From the NCBI RefSeq assembly GCF_009914755.1, contig NC_060934.1: DNA of 64,000 bases. One strand, written 5' to 3'. Position numbers and translations under genes: made by a program. Source of the DNA: the human T2T-CHM13v2.0 reference genome, Homo sapiens. Below the pieces are notes generated by a model, which had not been told where the DNA came from, made no database searches, and saw nothing but the letters and a program-made list of their open reading frames with translations. Below are positions 50,686-64,000 of this stretch, one piece after another (position 1 is the first letter of the stretch; the number at the start of each line of letters is the position of its first letter).

Positions 50686-50998
50686 CAATCAGATTTGCTT
50701 CCGAAGCACCACTTCTTCTTTTGGAACATATCATCTGTAAAATATCATGTTGACTTCGGCTGATAGACACTCTCTTTGAAGGCAGGTTGCCACTCTTTCT
50801 CCCTCCTCTCTTAGGAACCTCTGTCTGAGATTTGCTGCTGGAAGCAGGGGCTGTTTTGCAGGACCTACGGCGTTGATCACTGGCAACTGGAGTTTTCCTA
50901 GGACTAGGAGCTGGAGGGCTTATAACCAAGCTTTGTGCCTTCACTTCCACATGGATTTCTGAACCTGACTCTTGTTTTCCTGATGGTTGAGGCTGTTC
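50686..50998 (-). CDS. MKI67: MKI67 exon 9, EQPQPSGKQES...SGASEANLI(V)
   Basis: gtcag| acceptor, G|gttagt donor, 313 nt. Confidence 0.95.
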
Positions 50999-51979
50999 CT
51001 GACAAGACAAAATTGTTTACAAGAAGCCTTAACAAGGATCTAACATCTCTGGAATGACTGATAAAAACCTATTCAGTTAAGAATTTCAGCTGTTTAAATC
51101 TTGAAGCATCAAATGCTTAAGCCACTGTCTTTGAAGACTATGGTAGAGGTGAGACTGTCTCAGTCATTTAAGGAAAAGGAAAGAGAAGCAAGCCAAGTCT
51201 GAAGTGAGGTCATTTCAGGTAAAAAGGTGGAAGGAACATCCTGATCAGTGAAAGACAAGCAGGGTCTGATCTCAGTCCCAGTAAATACCAGCTGTGAGCA
51301 CCCAGCCCCCGGCAGTCCACATGGAGGGAGGACTGCTTGCCCCTGGGAGCCAGTGTAAAATGGAAAGGGAGCCAGACATCACTTTCCACTCCTGCTGGGA
51401 AGAGAAGGAAAGAAAGACCGCCCAGGCCCTATTACAAAGGTTATGAGCTATAGGGCCATGACTTCCCAGAGGTGTGAAACCCAGGAAGGACAACACAGCA
51501 AAGGAACAGGCAAGCAAATATTCTAAAGAGCTGAAGGTGTAAAAGGAAGATGTGCCATTGATTTTCCTTCACACCAGGTAAATGCCTTAACTATAGCCTT
51601 GTAACTCTAAAAGAAAATAAAACAATCCTTATGGGTCGACGTGGTAATGTATCCAGAATCTTTGTAATTGGCTATTCTGACGGTGCCTGCAGGTGATTAC
51701 GCAGTGCTGTAAGCGTGGGTGTCTGGGAACTTCTGCACGAAAAGGACAACATCAAGGACTCCCCCGACTCGGTCGCATCAGCACCACGGTCAGGGACCCA
51801 GGGGCTCCTTTGCTGGTGCCCACATCAATGAGCTTTCATTCGTCTTTTTAAAAACTTGTTTCTTTAATAAATAAATAAAGGTCTTCATCATAATTCTACT
51901 TGTGTCAGTATTTGGAAAGGAATAGGTACCCGGTGTGTGAGCCACTGGGCGTGAATGGGATGCTGCTTGTTCAACTCAC

Positions 51980-52155
51980 CTTGATGATTTTCTTCAGGAC
52001 AGGTGGAGTGTGCATTACCAGAGACTTTCTTTTGGTTGGGGCTTCTCCCCTTTTGAGAGGCGTATTAGGAGGCAAGTTTTCATCAAATAGTTCAGGTCTT
52101 AGGTGCCCACCAAAGGACACACGCCTTCTTTTCAAAGGTATTCCCTCACTCTCAT
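51980..52155 (-). CDS. MKI67: MKI67 exon 8 (PP1-binding region), (N)ESEGIPLKRRRVSFGGHLRPELFDENLP...KKIIK
   Basis: tttag| acceptor, |gtgagt donor, 176 nt; RVxF motif RVSF at 52112-52123. Confidence 0.96.
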
Positions 52156-53480
52156 CTAAAGTAACGGATACAAATGTGGAAAGAGCAATGAAAAAACATA
52201 CCAAGACTAGTGATTTATTTCACGTTAGCATTAAAGACAAACCAAGTGAAAAGTCATCGAAACACAGTACCTACAGCACGCCTCTATTCTTGCAATCCTG
52301 GTGAAGCTAAGCTACTAAGAGTTCCTAAAGGATTGCGGGAGTGGCCACTAAGACGTCAAGTTGCCACTGGACAGTACAGAGGCTTTCTTTAAAACATTGA
52401 AACATTATGTGTGGACATAGAAAGGAGGAGTCTGCAGCAGCAGATTTCACCTTAGAGTAGGGGGACGACAGCCAGAGAACTCTCTAAAGACATGCACTTG
52501 GGTCTCAGCCTGAGCCACCCAGTGACCAGAATGCATGAGCTGTAAAAACTCCTCCAGGTGGTTCTGAGTCAATTCACAGGAGCCCAGTCCCGGCCACACA
52601 TTTTCCTGAGCCACCAGTTAATGTAAATCCCTTGCCTAAGTGATGCTTCCCCACTAGGAAGCTTGGTGGAATACTGAGACTGATGTTACAAACCTTATTT
52701 TATCGACAGCCTCATGCCCCACCGCTATAGGCCACCTGCAGAAACACAGCCTGGAGTACGAATACTGCGTCTGTGGCCCAGACAACTTTTCTTCTAATAG
52801 CCAGTCCCTAGGAGTGTAGGAAGCTCCCGAGGAGCTACCACACCTGCTATAAAGGTCCTACCTCTGCCACTTCCTGACTGGCCTTGGGTTGTGCGTTTCC
52901 TCATGTGTGACATAGCTCTAAAAAGACAACCTAGCCACGGGCACTGCTATTGCACCAAGGATCAAGTGTTCATGTGGCATATGGACTCATGGGTACAGTC
53001 CAGTGTTTACAGCAAATTGTTTGTAGGACACTCTGAAAACAGAGTATCAACACCTGAGAACTACCGCTATGTTTAATGATTACCAGTGATTTATTCCACA
53101 TGACCAAACTCATATGATACAGTTGATTGTAGTTCAGAATTAAACTCCATGTGAAAAGCAATTATGATTATTCTCTTTTCTATTTTGTGATAGATGGAGG
53201 AGAATCAAATATTTTTGGGGCCACCCTATCTCCTTCAATAACCCCTGCTTCATGATTGCCTGACAACTTCCATCTCTTCTGTCATTCCTTGTTACAATTA
53301 CCTAGGCCTTCAGTATTCATCTATTAGCGAAAACAGCGTGCGTGTCTGTCTTATCCCTGTGCCTTATGTGCTTACATTCTCTTCCACAAAGCTAATCACT
53401 ACTGAAAGAATGAAGGTCTCACAGCTACATAGAAGGTGTTCATCTTTTAGAAAAATAAATTTACAATTAAATAAACTTAC

Positions 53481-54560
53481 TAATGGAATCACCAAAGTTG
53501 TTGATATCAACTGAACTAAGACCAGGTAACCCAGAGCACATCTGTCCAGCTGTAGTGCCCAATTTCTCAGGCTTGCTGAGGGAATCCTTTTGGATCTTCC
53601 TCTCAACTTGAGTGAGCCACAGAGTTAAAAATGGCTCATTGTGAATTTCAGTTTCCGTAGGCAGAACTTCCACATCTGTAGGAATACTTCCTCTGGTTTT
53701 GGAAGAGAGATTTTCTGGCTTAGTGGCAGAGTCAGCTGCATCTTCAACTTTAGCTGGTGTTCGATTTCTAGTTGAAAGCTTCCTGGGAGTAAGAGTTTTA
53801 TCACCAGCCTTGAAGCCTTCACTTTTACCCAGATTCACAGATTCTCTTCTACCAGTAGTATACAGGTCTTTGTTCTTATGTTTTTGTGGAGAATTTTGTT
53901 GCTGTGAATATTGTACAGGGGTCTTCATTTTAGCCGGCTCATAGAGAGGAAAGCTGGCGCCCACAGCCTTGCTGGGAGTCTGAACAGACTCCACGTCTCT
54001 TCCCTTCCCCTTGTTCTGGTCAAGCTCTTGTTCAGGTGAAGCAGGCTCTGCCACAGCGTGGCCGCTCCCACCAGATTTTGGTCTTGACTTACGCGAGACC
54101 AACAGTTGGGTCTCCCCCTGTAAACCATCAGCACTTTCTTTCTCTGTTGCGTAATCAGTTTGTAATCCAGATTTTCTACAATACTGTAGGACATTTTCTT
54201 TTTGTGATTTTACATCCAACTCTTTCTTCACTGACTCATAAAGCTTCCAAAAGGGAGATTCATTTTTTTTGCTATTGTCAAGACATTGTGTAGTGGGAAC
54301 AGACTTCAATTCTCCATAACGGCTCACTAATTTAACGCTGGAAATTTCTTTAAAATCCCCAGAAATGGGATCAGCTGCATTTCTGCCATTACGTCCAGCA
54401 TGTTCTGAGGAATGAACATTAGTTGTTCCCTGAGCAACACTGTCTTTTGAGTCATCTGCGGTACTGTCTTCTTTGACATTCTTGATATGTACCTGAGGAT
54501 TTCCTGAAACTTTTCCTTCAGTGATTTTTGAATAGGCCTTGGAATCTTGAGCTTTCTCAT
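53481..54560 (-). CDS. MKI67: MKI67 exon 7 (1080-nt cassette exon, absent from the short isoform)
   Basis: ccaag| acceptor, A|gtaagt donor; phase 1-1, length divisible by 3. Confidence 0.95.
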
Positions 54561-55043
54561 CTTGGCAATGAATTATGAAATAAGAAACAGAAGTTCAGCA
54601 TTTTCTCAATGATTAACATTTGTGGAATTCAATATTTTAATTGTTTCAGGTTGTCTTATAAGCTAGCTTTTACTTGGCCTACAAATTATTTAATGCCTAA
54701 AACTTGCAAGTCTTATGATACTAGTATTATGATACAAATATATAAATCATATCAGCTCCAATAACCAGTATGAAATAGCACATGCTATCTAACTACTGAG
54801 AACTGAGTTGACAGCTGAACAGGCAATTTTCTCATATCTAGAGTCTCTCCTAAGCATAGCATACCATCAGTCACCAAGGGAAAGTTAGGCATCTGTCTGT
54901 CGTTGACATGTTAAATGACACCTCCTCCATTTCTGACAGGCTAGACATTTAGCACTTGCATTCTTGTTGCCCCTTCTTTGCCAATATGCTTCGCAAAGAC
55001 CTGATCTTTCAGGATTCTGGAACAAAACCCAACCACTACTCAC

Positions 55044-55089
55044 CAGGGTCAGAAGAGAAGCTAGATCTTGAGACACGACGTGCTGGCTC
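55044..55089 (-). CDS. MKI67: MKI67 exon 6, EPARRVSRSSFSSDP(D)
   Basis: ttacag| acceptor, G|gtgagt donor, 46 nt. Confidence 0.93.
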
Positions 55090-55164
55090 CTGTAAGTTGG
55101 GAAAATAAGAACAGTTATTTGCAGGTCTTTCTAAATGATGACAGTCACAACAGTGAAAATATTA

Positions 55165-55521
<357 letters not shown>

Positions 55522-56667
55522 TTAAAGACTGTTTGAGAAATGAGCTCAAGTCAGTTGGGAGCTAGTGGTCAGGATAAAAGTACTTATTAGCTGACTCATT
55601 AAAAAATAGTGAGTGATTAATAGGAAACAAATTCGAGGCTTAAAATTACTAAAATCAAACCTCGGTGTGTTTTTATAACTTCCTTTAAAGATATTTCCCA
55701 ACATCCTATTGCGGAAGAACCAAAGTCAATATTAAACATCACCTATACTGAAGATCTGTAACCCCCCACGAGCTCAGAACTACTGACTGCGTCATCAGTT
55801 TTCTCACAAATGGGCCATAGGACCTGTCGATGAACTGAGGCTCCACTTGGCATGTGCGCCCTCTTGGCTGGTGGATACTTAGGGTGGATCTGAGAGCCTA
55901 GATTCACCCTAGGTAAATTCATGGTACAGGCACACATGGTATATTCACAGATTCTGCAACCTCACAGCCTGGGAGCAGGCGCAGCGCCCCCACCTGGCTC
56001 CCCAGAGACAGCGCCCTAACTTTCCTTCATATGGAATTATTTCCGGAAGGGTGGAAGAACTAAAGAATAACATATATATATAACTTTTATAAAAGTCTGA
56101 TGCGCCAAAGGAAGAAAAGCTTATCATCTGGATTATTAAGAAAATATCTAAAAAATATTAACAAAGGCAAAGAATCTAACTTCCTTAATCAATTTTAGGT
56201 TTCTTGATACGTAACACCTTGCTTCTAAAACTATCTATGTGAGGGATGGTTTTTTATTTCCAATCTGAAGTGGAACAAGAATCTTATGACTAAACAATAT
56301 AAATGAACCACTAATAAAATTATGAATATGTAAAGTATATAATCTCACTTTTGTTGTACGATTACATTCAATAGCCACAAAATTGCTGTCGAATTGCTGT
56401 CATATTTACTACATACTCCATTTCAGTACTCACTATATCACAGACCAGTAACAGAACAAACAGTTCCTAGACTGCTGAGTGGCACATATCTAACCCACAG
56501 TTCAACTGGCTTTTTGGTTTATTTACTCCCATAGACTAGCAAGTTGCCTGGTGGCTACAGTGTGGGATGCCTCAGAAACTGGCTTCCAGCACGGGAACTG
56601 ATGACCATCAGATTCAACATTAAGGCTGCTCCTCTAGGGAAGAAGGCAGTACTTAAATGGTAGAAAT

Positions 56668-56996
<329 letters not shown>

Positions 56997-57137
56997 CTAC
57001 TGCTAATTTCAGGTGCACCTAAGATAACTCTCCTAAGCCAAGATATTCCAAGGAGCTCATCTGAAACTAGCTTTAGGAGCACTCTAAAATGTAGGAAAAA
57101 TATGAATTCTCAGGGCTCATCCTAAGCCTAAATCCCA

Positions 57138-57309
57138 CTAAATTTCCAAGCACATGCCGACAACTGTGTTTTAATAAGCTGTACAACTAAAATACCTCTT
57201 CCACACTGATATACTCAAACTATCTAAATTGCGAAGCACGTGTCGACAATTATGTTTTCATAAGCTGTACAATTGGAATACCTGTTCCACACTGATACAC
57301 TCAAACTAT
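57138..57309. repeat. Diverged tandem duplication, 2 x 86 bp
   Basis: CTAAATT...ATAAGCTGTACAA...TTCCACACTGATA.ACTCAAACTAT at 57138-57223 and 57224-57309. Confidence 0.9.
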
Positions 57310-57805
57310 AGGATTCTCTCACAAGACAAAGCACAGGATCCCTTTTCCTGTTTCATGGGTCGTCTATCTATCAAAATAGAGAAGCATCTTTGGCACTCAT
57401 GATTTTCATAATGTGATTATTTCAGACACATAAAGACGGATGAGTACAATGACTGGGCGACAAAATGAGCCACCAGATAATGCAATTCCCAAATGTTAGC
57501 TCTACGTGTTGGGGTTATCCTAATCATGGGTTTGCAAAAAGCTCGCAACATGCTCTAATAGACTTTTTGGCTAAAAGTGTAAGACCAACTTAGTGCTCTG
57601 ATTTTGAACAATAAAGAGGAAATATCATTTTAGATTATTTTAATACGTCTAAGTTCAACTCGTTTTTATACTTTAGTTACATTTTCCTACTATAACAGTA
57701 ACCACCCTCTTTGTAACTGATTTCAAGTAAGAAATCATTAAAGCATACATAAATGATTTCATATCATCGAAACGAATCAGCCCAAACTTGGATATTTTCT
57801 ATCAC

Positions 57806-57872
57806 CTGTTCACGTATTTTTCTTGGAAATTCAGTTGACTTCCTTCCACTCTGAAGACTTTCATTTTCATAC
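57806..57872 (-). CDS. MKI67: MKI67 exon 5, (R)YENESLQSGRKSTEFPRKIREQ
   Basis: ctgcag| acceptor, CAG|gtgata donor, 67 nt. Confidence 0.93.
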
Positions 57873-58673
57873 CTGCAGTTTATAGAACGACAAAGATCCT
57901 GATTAAAAATTTATACCCTGGGGCGGAAGTCTCCATATCCACTTAATGTCCAAGGATCAACGAACAAACTTTGGGTTTAGTTCAAGACATCACCTTATAC
58001 AAAGAAATAAATTTAGAGTTAGAAAAGTGCTTTTACACTAAAAACTAGGATTAGTTGCATCGAGTTTGTTTTGAAATACCACTGTCAGAGGCTGGGGACC
58101 CAGATTAACTTCTGATCACTGACGAACAGCCCAGGTATGATTTGACAATATTACCAAGCACCTTCTATGACATAAGCTAATGCACATGAGAGCAAAGTCA
58201 AGTTTCTTCTAGTTTAAGTCCATGGAAATCATCGGATGGCTTGGAAGGCCAGCCAGGAAGCCTGTAGGTAACTGAATCTTTCTCACGTTGTGAAGTTACA
58301 TACTTCAGGGTAAATAAAAAGCTACACTTACACTACAGGGTAACTACAAACCTATATTTTAGAACACTATGATCACTTCAGTTTCCCACACATTCAGTCT
58401 GTATCTGAACAAGACAGGTACATCTTAAGAAGATCACCTTTAGCAAGATACATAATTGTCCTGGCAAACCTCAGTGATCAAGTCATAGAAGCAATCCTTT
58501 ATTTTGCATAATGAAAACTTTTGGCCTCAGTGAAATGACCTGATTTGAATTTATAGGCAACCTAAGTAAGATCTGAAGCAGTCACACATCTGATATTATT
58601 TCTCATGGTAGAGAGTTTGGAATCAAGTCTCTCTTTCTAAGATTCACTTTCAAATCTTTGTTGGATGTCTTTA

Positions 58674-60660
<1,987 letters not shown>

Positions 60661-60668
60661 GCTGAGGA

Positions 60669-61046
60669 TGTATTAGTCTGCTAGGGCCACCATAATAAAG
60701 TCCCACAGACTGAATGCCTTGAAAAACAGACATGCCCTTCTCAGTGCTGGAGGCTGGAAGTCCAAGAGCAAGGTGTCAGCTGGATTGGATTTCTCTGTGC
60801 CTCTCTCCTTGACTTGAAGATGGCTGCCTTCTTGCTGCCTCTTCTCATGGGCTTTCCTCTGTGCACGTGTTCCCTAATCTCCACTTATAATGACACCAAT
60901 CATCAGATTAGGGCCCATACTAATAGCTCAAAAAGCCTTCATTGCCTTTTTAAATGCCCTCTTTCCAAATACAGTTACATCCTAAGGTACGAGGGGTTAG
61001 GAATTCAAAATATGAATTTCGGGAGAGCACAAATCAGTCCATAATA
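60669..61046. mobile_element. MLT1-type (ERVL-MaLR) solo LTR
   Basis: TGTATTAGTCTGCTAGGGC...GGAGGCTGGAAGTCCAAGA..AAGGTGTCAGC...GATTAGGGCCCA...ATATGAATTT signature. Confidence 0.8.
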
Positions 61047-61442
61047 GGTGGTGATCAAAAGGGTGTTCACATGATAAATTGACCTGTCCATCTTGTTTTG
61101 TACCTTTTTCTCTGTGTATATTTTGCTTTAAAATAAAAAAGAATAGAAAAATCTCATGCAGTTTCAAAACACTTGGAAGAAAATAACAAACTCCTTTAGG
61201 ACAAGGTCAACCTCCCTCTGCATAATTATTTGCACCCAAATCCTTGAATTCCATCACATTTTGTCCCAATTAGTCATCTTCCTAGATCCATATCCTTTTA
61301 AATTAAGATTAGTGTTGAGAATGAAAACCTGAAATACTTTGACATCCATGAACATTAAAGAAGAATGACAGTTGACTTTGACACTAGTTTATGGTTAATC
61401 AGAAGATGACATTTACTGTTAGACCAATCAGCTTTTACCTAC

Positions 61443-61558
61443 CTGAAGGAACGATCAATAATAGTTATTACATCTCCATGTTTTAGCCGTACAGGCTCAT
61501 CAATAACAGACCCATTTACTTGTGTTGGATTTGTGGAACTGAAATTATGTAATATTGC
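61443..61558 (-). CDS. MKI67: MKI67 exon 4 (FHA domain), AILHNFSSTNPTQVNGSVIDEPVRLKHGDVITIIDRSF(R)
   Basis: ttgcag| acceptor, AG|gtaggt donor, 116 nt; FHA-type STNPTQVNG and GDVITI. Confidence 0.95.
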
Positions 61559-61652
61559 CTGCAAGTGAAAAGAAGGGGAAATATGTAACTAATGAACAGA
61601 TTAAAAGTGAACTAAAAAGCTTTAAAAGTAGATCTTCAAAAAACCCACTCAC

Positions 61653-61731
61653 CTCCTGCTCATGGATTTCAATTTTGCAATGTTGTTTTGACACAACAGG
61701 AAGCTGGATACGGATGTCACATTCAATACCC
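61653..61731 (-). CDS. MKI67: MKI67 exon 3 (FHA domain), (R)GIECDIRIQLPVVSKQHCKIEIHEQE
   Basis: gaag| acceptor, |gtgagt donor, 79 nt; FHA VSxxH motif. Confidence 0.95.
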
Positions 61732-62877
61732 CTTCATGCAAAAGAAGAAGGTTTTTTTGGTTGCTGCAACTTTTTAAAAGATTACCTCAATTTCCCAAAA
61801 TAAAACACAATTTGACTAGAATGTTTGATCTGTAAATATGACATAAAGGAGTAACAAACAAAATGGGCAATGTAAACGATCTTGCATTTTGCAAAGAACT
61901 TTTGGAAGTATTAAACATGTAACTATTAGATCTTTAAAACAGAGAGTATATAAAAACAAGGGAAAACACTAGAACACAAATCGAATTACCTTTTATATGA
62001 AAAGCTATACTTAAAAGACACAAAGGAATACTTACATCAATTTTGGATAATGACTATTTTTAATACTCTGTGCTTTTTCAAAAACGTTTGTTTGTAATGT
62101 TAAATATGTTTAGAGGTTTAATCATCCCCAAATGTGCTTATTTGATGCTAGCACTTCTGTGCATCAGTTTCTTCATATACAATAAAGAAATTACATTAGA
62201 ACCTACATCATGTGATGTTCAATTAAATGGTTGTACATGTCACTAATTTGCCTAGCACATAGTAAATGCTCATTATGGGTAAGCTTTTCATTGTTGTTTT
62301 AAAACTACACTGAATTTACTGACAGATTCAAGTCTCTAAACAATAAAAATACTAATTTGCAAGCGACACAAAAAAAAAATCTAAATTCAACTTGTTTTTC
62401 CACAGAAAGCTAACACCATGGCAAAGTAGCAGAAGAGACAATTCCTAAACCTATACAAACTAATAATCAGAAGAGTTTGTTAGTAGGTTCTTGGAGTCTT
62501 CAGTGTTCCTGTTCTAGCCTGTGATCTTAAAAATTTGAATAAACTATGCAATGGCCTGTCTGTTCTCCATCTGAACCTTTGGAGTCTAAGAATCTCTCTT
62601 CCTACCCAGGTCATGTGACCAAACACTTAGGAATTATTTCTAAATTATAAAATCTTGCATGAAGATATATTCAAGGAGTACTGTATAAAAAAGCAAAAGG
62701 ACTGCCACTGGAGATGAAATGTTTATATTTTTCCTTTTCAAGAGAAAGGTATCTATGGAAAGTGAAAAGCTTCCTTAACCCCAATAAAATAATTTGATTT
62801 TAAGGTAACAGGACATCAGAGCAAAGGAAAGACTATCCCTTACAACTGAGAATTTGTTTGGCAGGAGGACGACTATA

Positions 62878-63075
62878 GATGGGTGTTTCTGAGCTTTGGC
62901 ACTGTTGACATCTTGGGCCAGATGCTTCTGTATTGTGGGGGCTGCCCTGAGCCTGGTAGGATGCCCACCCTGACCTCTCCTCCGCGATGACAGCGCATGC
63001 CCCTGTCCTATATTGTGACATGGAAATTCAAATGAATCCTGGAAGGTTAGATGACCCTCCTGTGAGAACCACTGT
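62878..63075. mobile_element. MER20-like hAT-Charlie DNA transposon fragment
   Basis: TGGCACTGTTGACATCTTGGGCCAGAT...TTGTGGGGGCTGCCCTG...TGAGAACCACTG. Confidence 0.7.
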
Positions 63076-63129
63076 TCTCAAGAGATTGCAAATCCATGGC
63101 TCCAGCCCATGTTTCTACTGACCCTTGCC

Positions 63130-63510
63130 AGAATGCTAGGTATTGATCACACCCCCTATGCCAGACACCATCCCTGGCCCTACACACGTGATTAGTAACA
63201 AGACAGTCTTTGCCTTTGGGGAGCTCAGCCTAGTGGGAGACAAACCCACAACTCACCCCTGAAGCTGTGGGGTTGGAAATACAAGTTTTCATGCAAGGCT
63301 TCCTCAGAGGTGACATTTCACCTGATGCCTGAATGATGGAAATCACACAAGCTTGAGGAAGGGGAGAACTTTCCCATTGTAAACTTCCAAGTGTGTAAGA
63401 AGTACCAAGGTGAACAAAGGCTTGGAATGCCTTAGGCGGGAGGAACAAGGTAGGGGATGGGGTTGGGAGGACAGGGTGAGGCCTGAATCCCGTGTGGTCT
63501 GGGAAATGAC
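63130..63510. mobile_element. Probable L2 LINE fragment
   Basis: CTATGCCAGACAC..., AACAAGACAGTC..TGCC..GGAGCTCAGCCTAGTGGGAGAC, GGCTTCCTCAGAGGTGACATTT are L2 3'-like phrases. Confidence 0.55.
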
Positions 63511-64000
63511 CACACGGGAAATGACCCCCCTTCTCAGGCCTCTAGTGGGACACATGTCAGAGGCTGATGGGGCACTGTCAGCAACTATACCTGTTATACA
63601 GGGACAGGGTTATTACCACCACCAAACAGGACAGCAATATAAGAGGAAACGTTCTCGAATTCCAGGCAGGAAGACTTTCTGTCCCATTTTCCTATTGCCA
63701 CAAGGAGCCAAGAGGCAAGTGTATGGCTTCCTTCCTTCATTCTCTGTGTCCCCAGTGGCCAGGGATGCCCACTGTGGAGGCACCCGGGGGCGCACAGTGT
63801 CTTCAGACGCCTGCCTGCAGCCAGTGACATATGAAGATCATCTACATCTTTCTTTACCGCAACATTAGCAAATCGATTTTTTTAATTGGCTTGATTTTTA
63901 AAACCACTTAAACATACAAACTAGCATCAAATTTATACTTACAAAACAAAAAAACACAACTATGTCAACTTAGTAACGAATGGGAGAAGCACCAAGGAAA

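Noticed and set aside
61732-64000. MKI67 start codon, promoter and CHR/E2F elements
   Set aside because: Exon 2 (MWPTRR...) and the CpG island are not in the window; this stretch is intron 2.

Overview
Human (eukaryotic) genomic DNA from the PTPRE / MKI67 locus (10q26.2, recognised from the encoded proteins). The + strand carries the last 12 coding exons of PTPRE (1640-21461, 3'UTR to ~24410), encoding most of phosphatase domain D1, all of D2 and the YANFK tail. The - strand carries MKI67 (Ki-67) exons 3-15 (61731 down to the stop at 37743, 3'UTR to ~35215), including the 1080-nt cassette exon 7 and the 6845-nt exon 13 with 16 Ki-67 repeats. The MKI67 start codon and promoter lie beyond the right edge. 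The genes converge across a ~10.8-kb gap rich in Alu, MIR and MER elements. I traced every exon boundary by hand (all GT-AG, frames consistent). I see no genuinely new biological system: both genes are well known and the remaining ORF-track entries look like repeat or antisense artefacts. The best leads are local, testable hypotheses: an antisense Alu in PTPRE's last intron that is an in-frame candidate alternative exon, inverted Alus around a frame-closed exon block (possible circRNA), two AT-rich palindromes, a two-class mosaic architecture in the Ki-67 repeats, tandem poly(A) sites, a CTCF-like motif and two apparent missense alleles. Repeat family names come from remembered consensus sequences, not from a search, and their ends are approximate.
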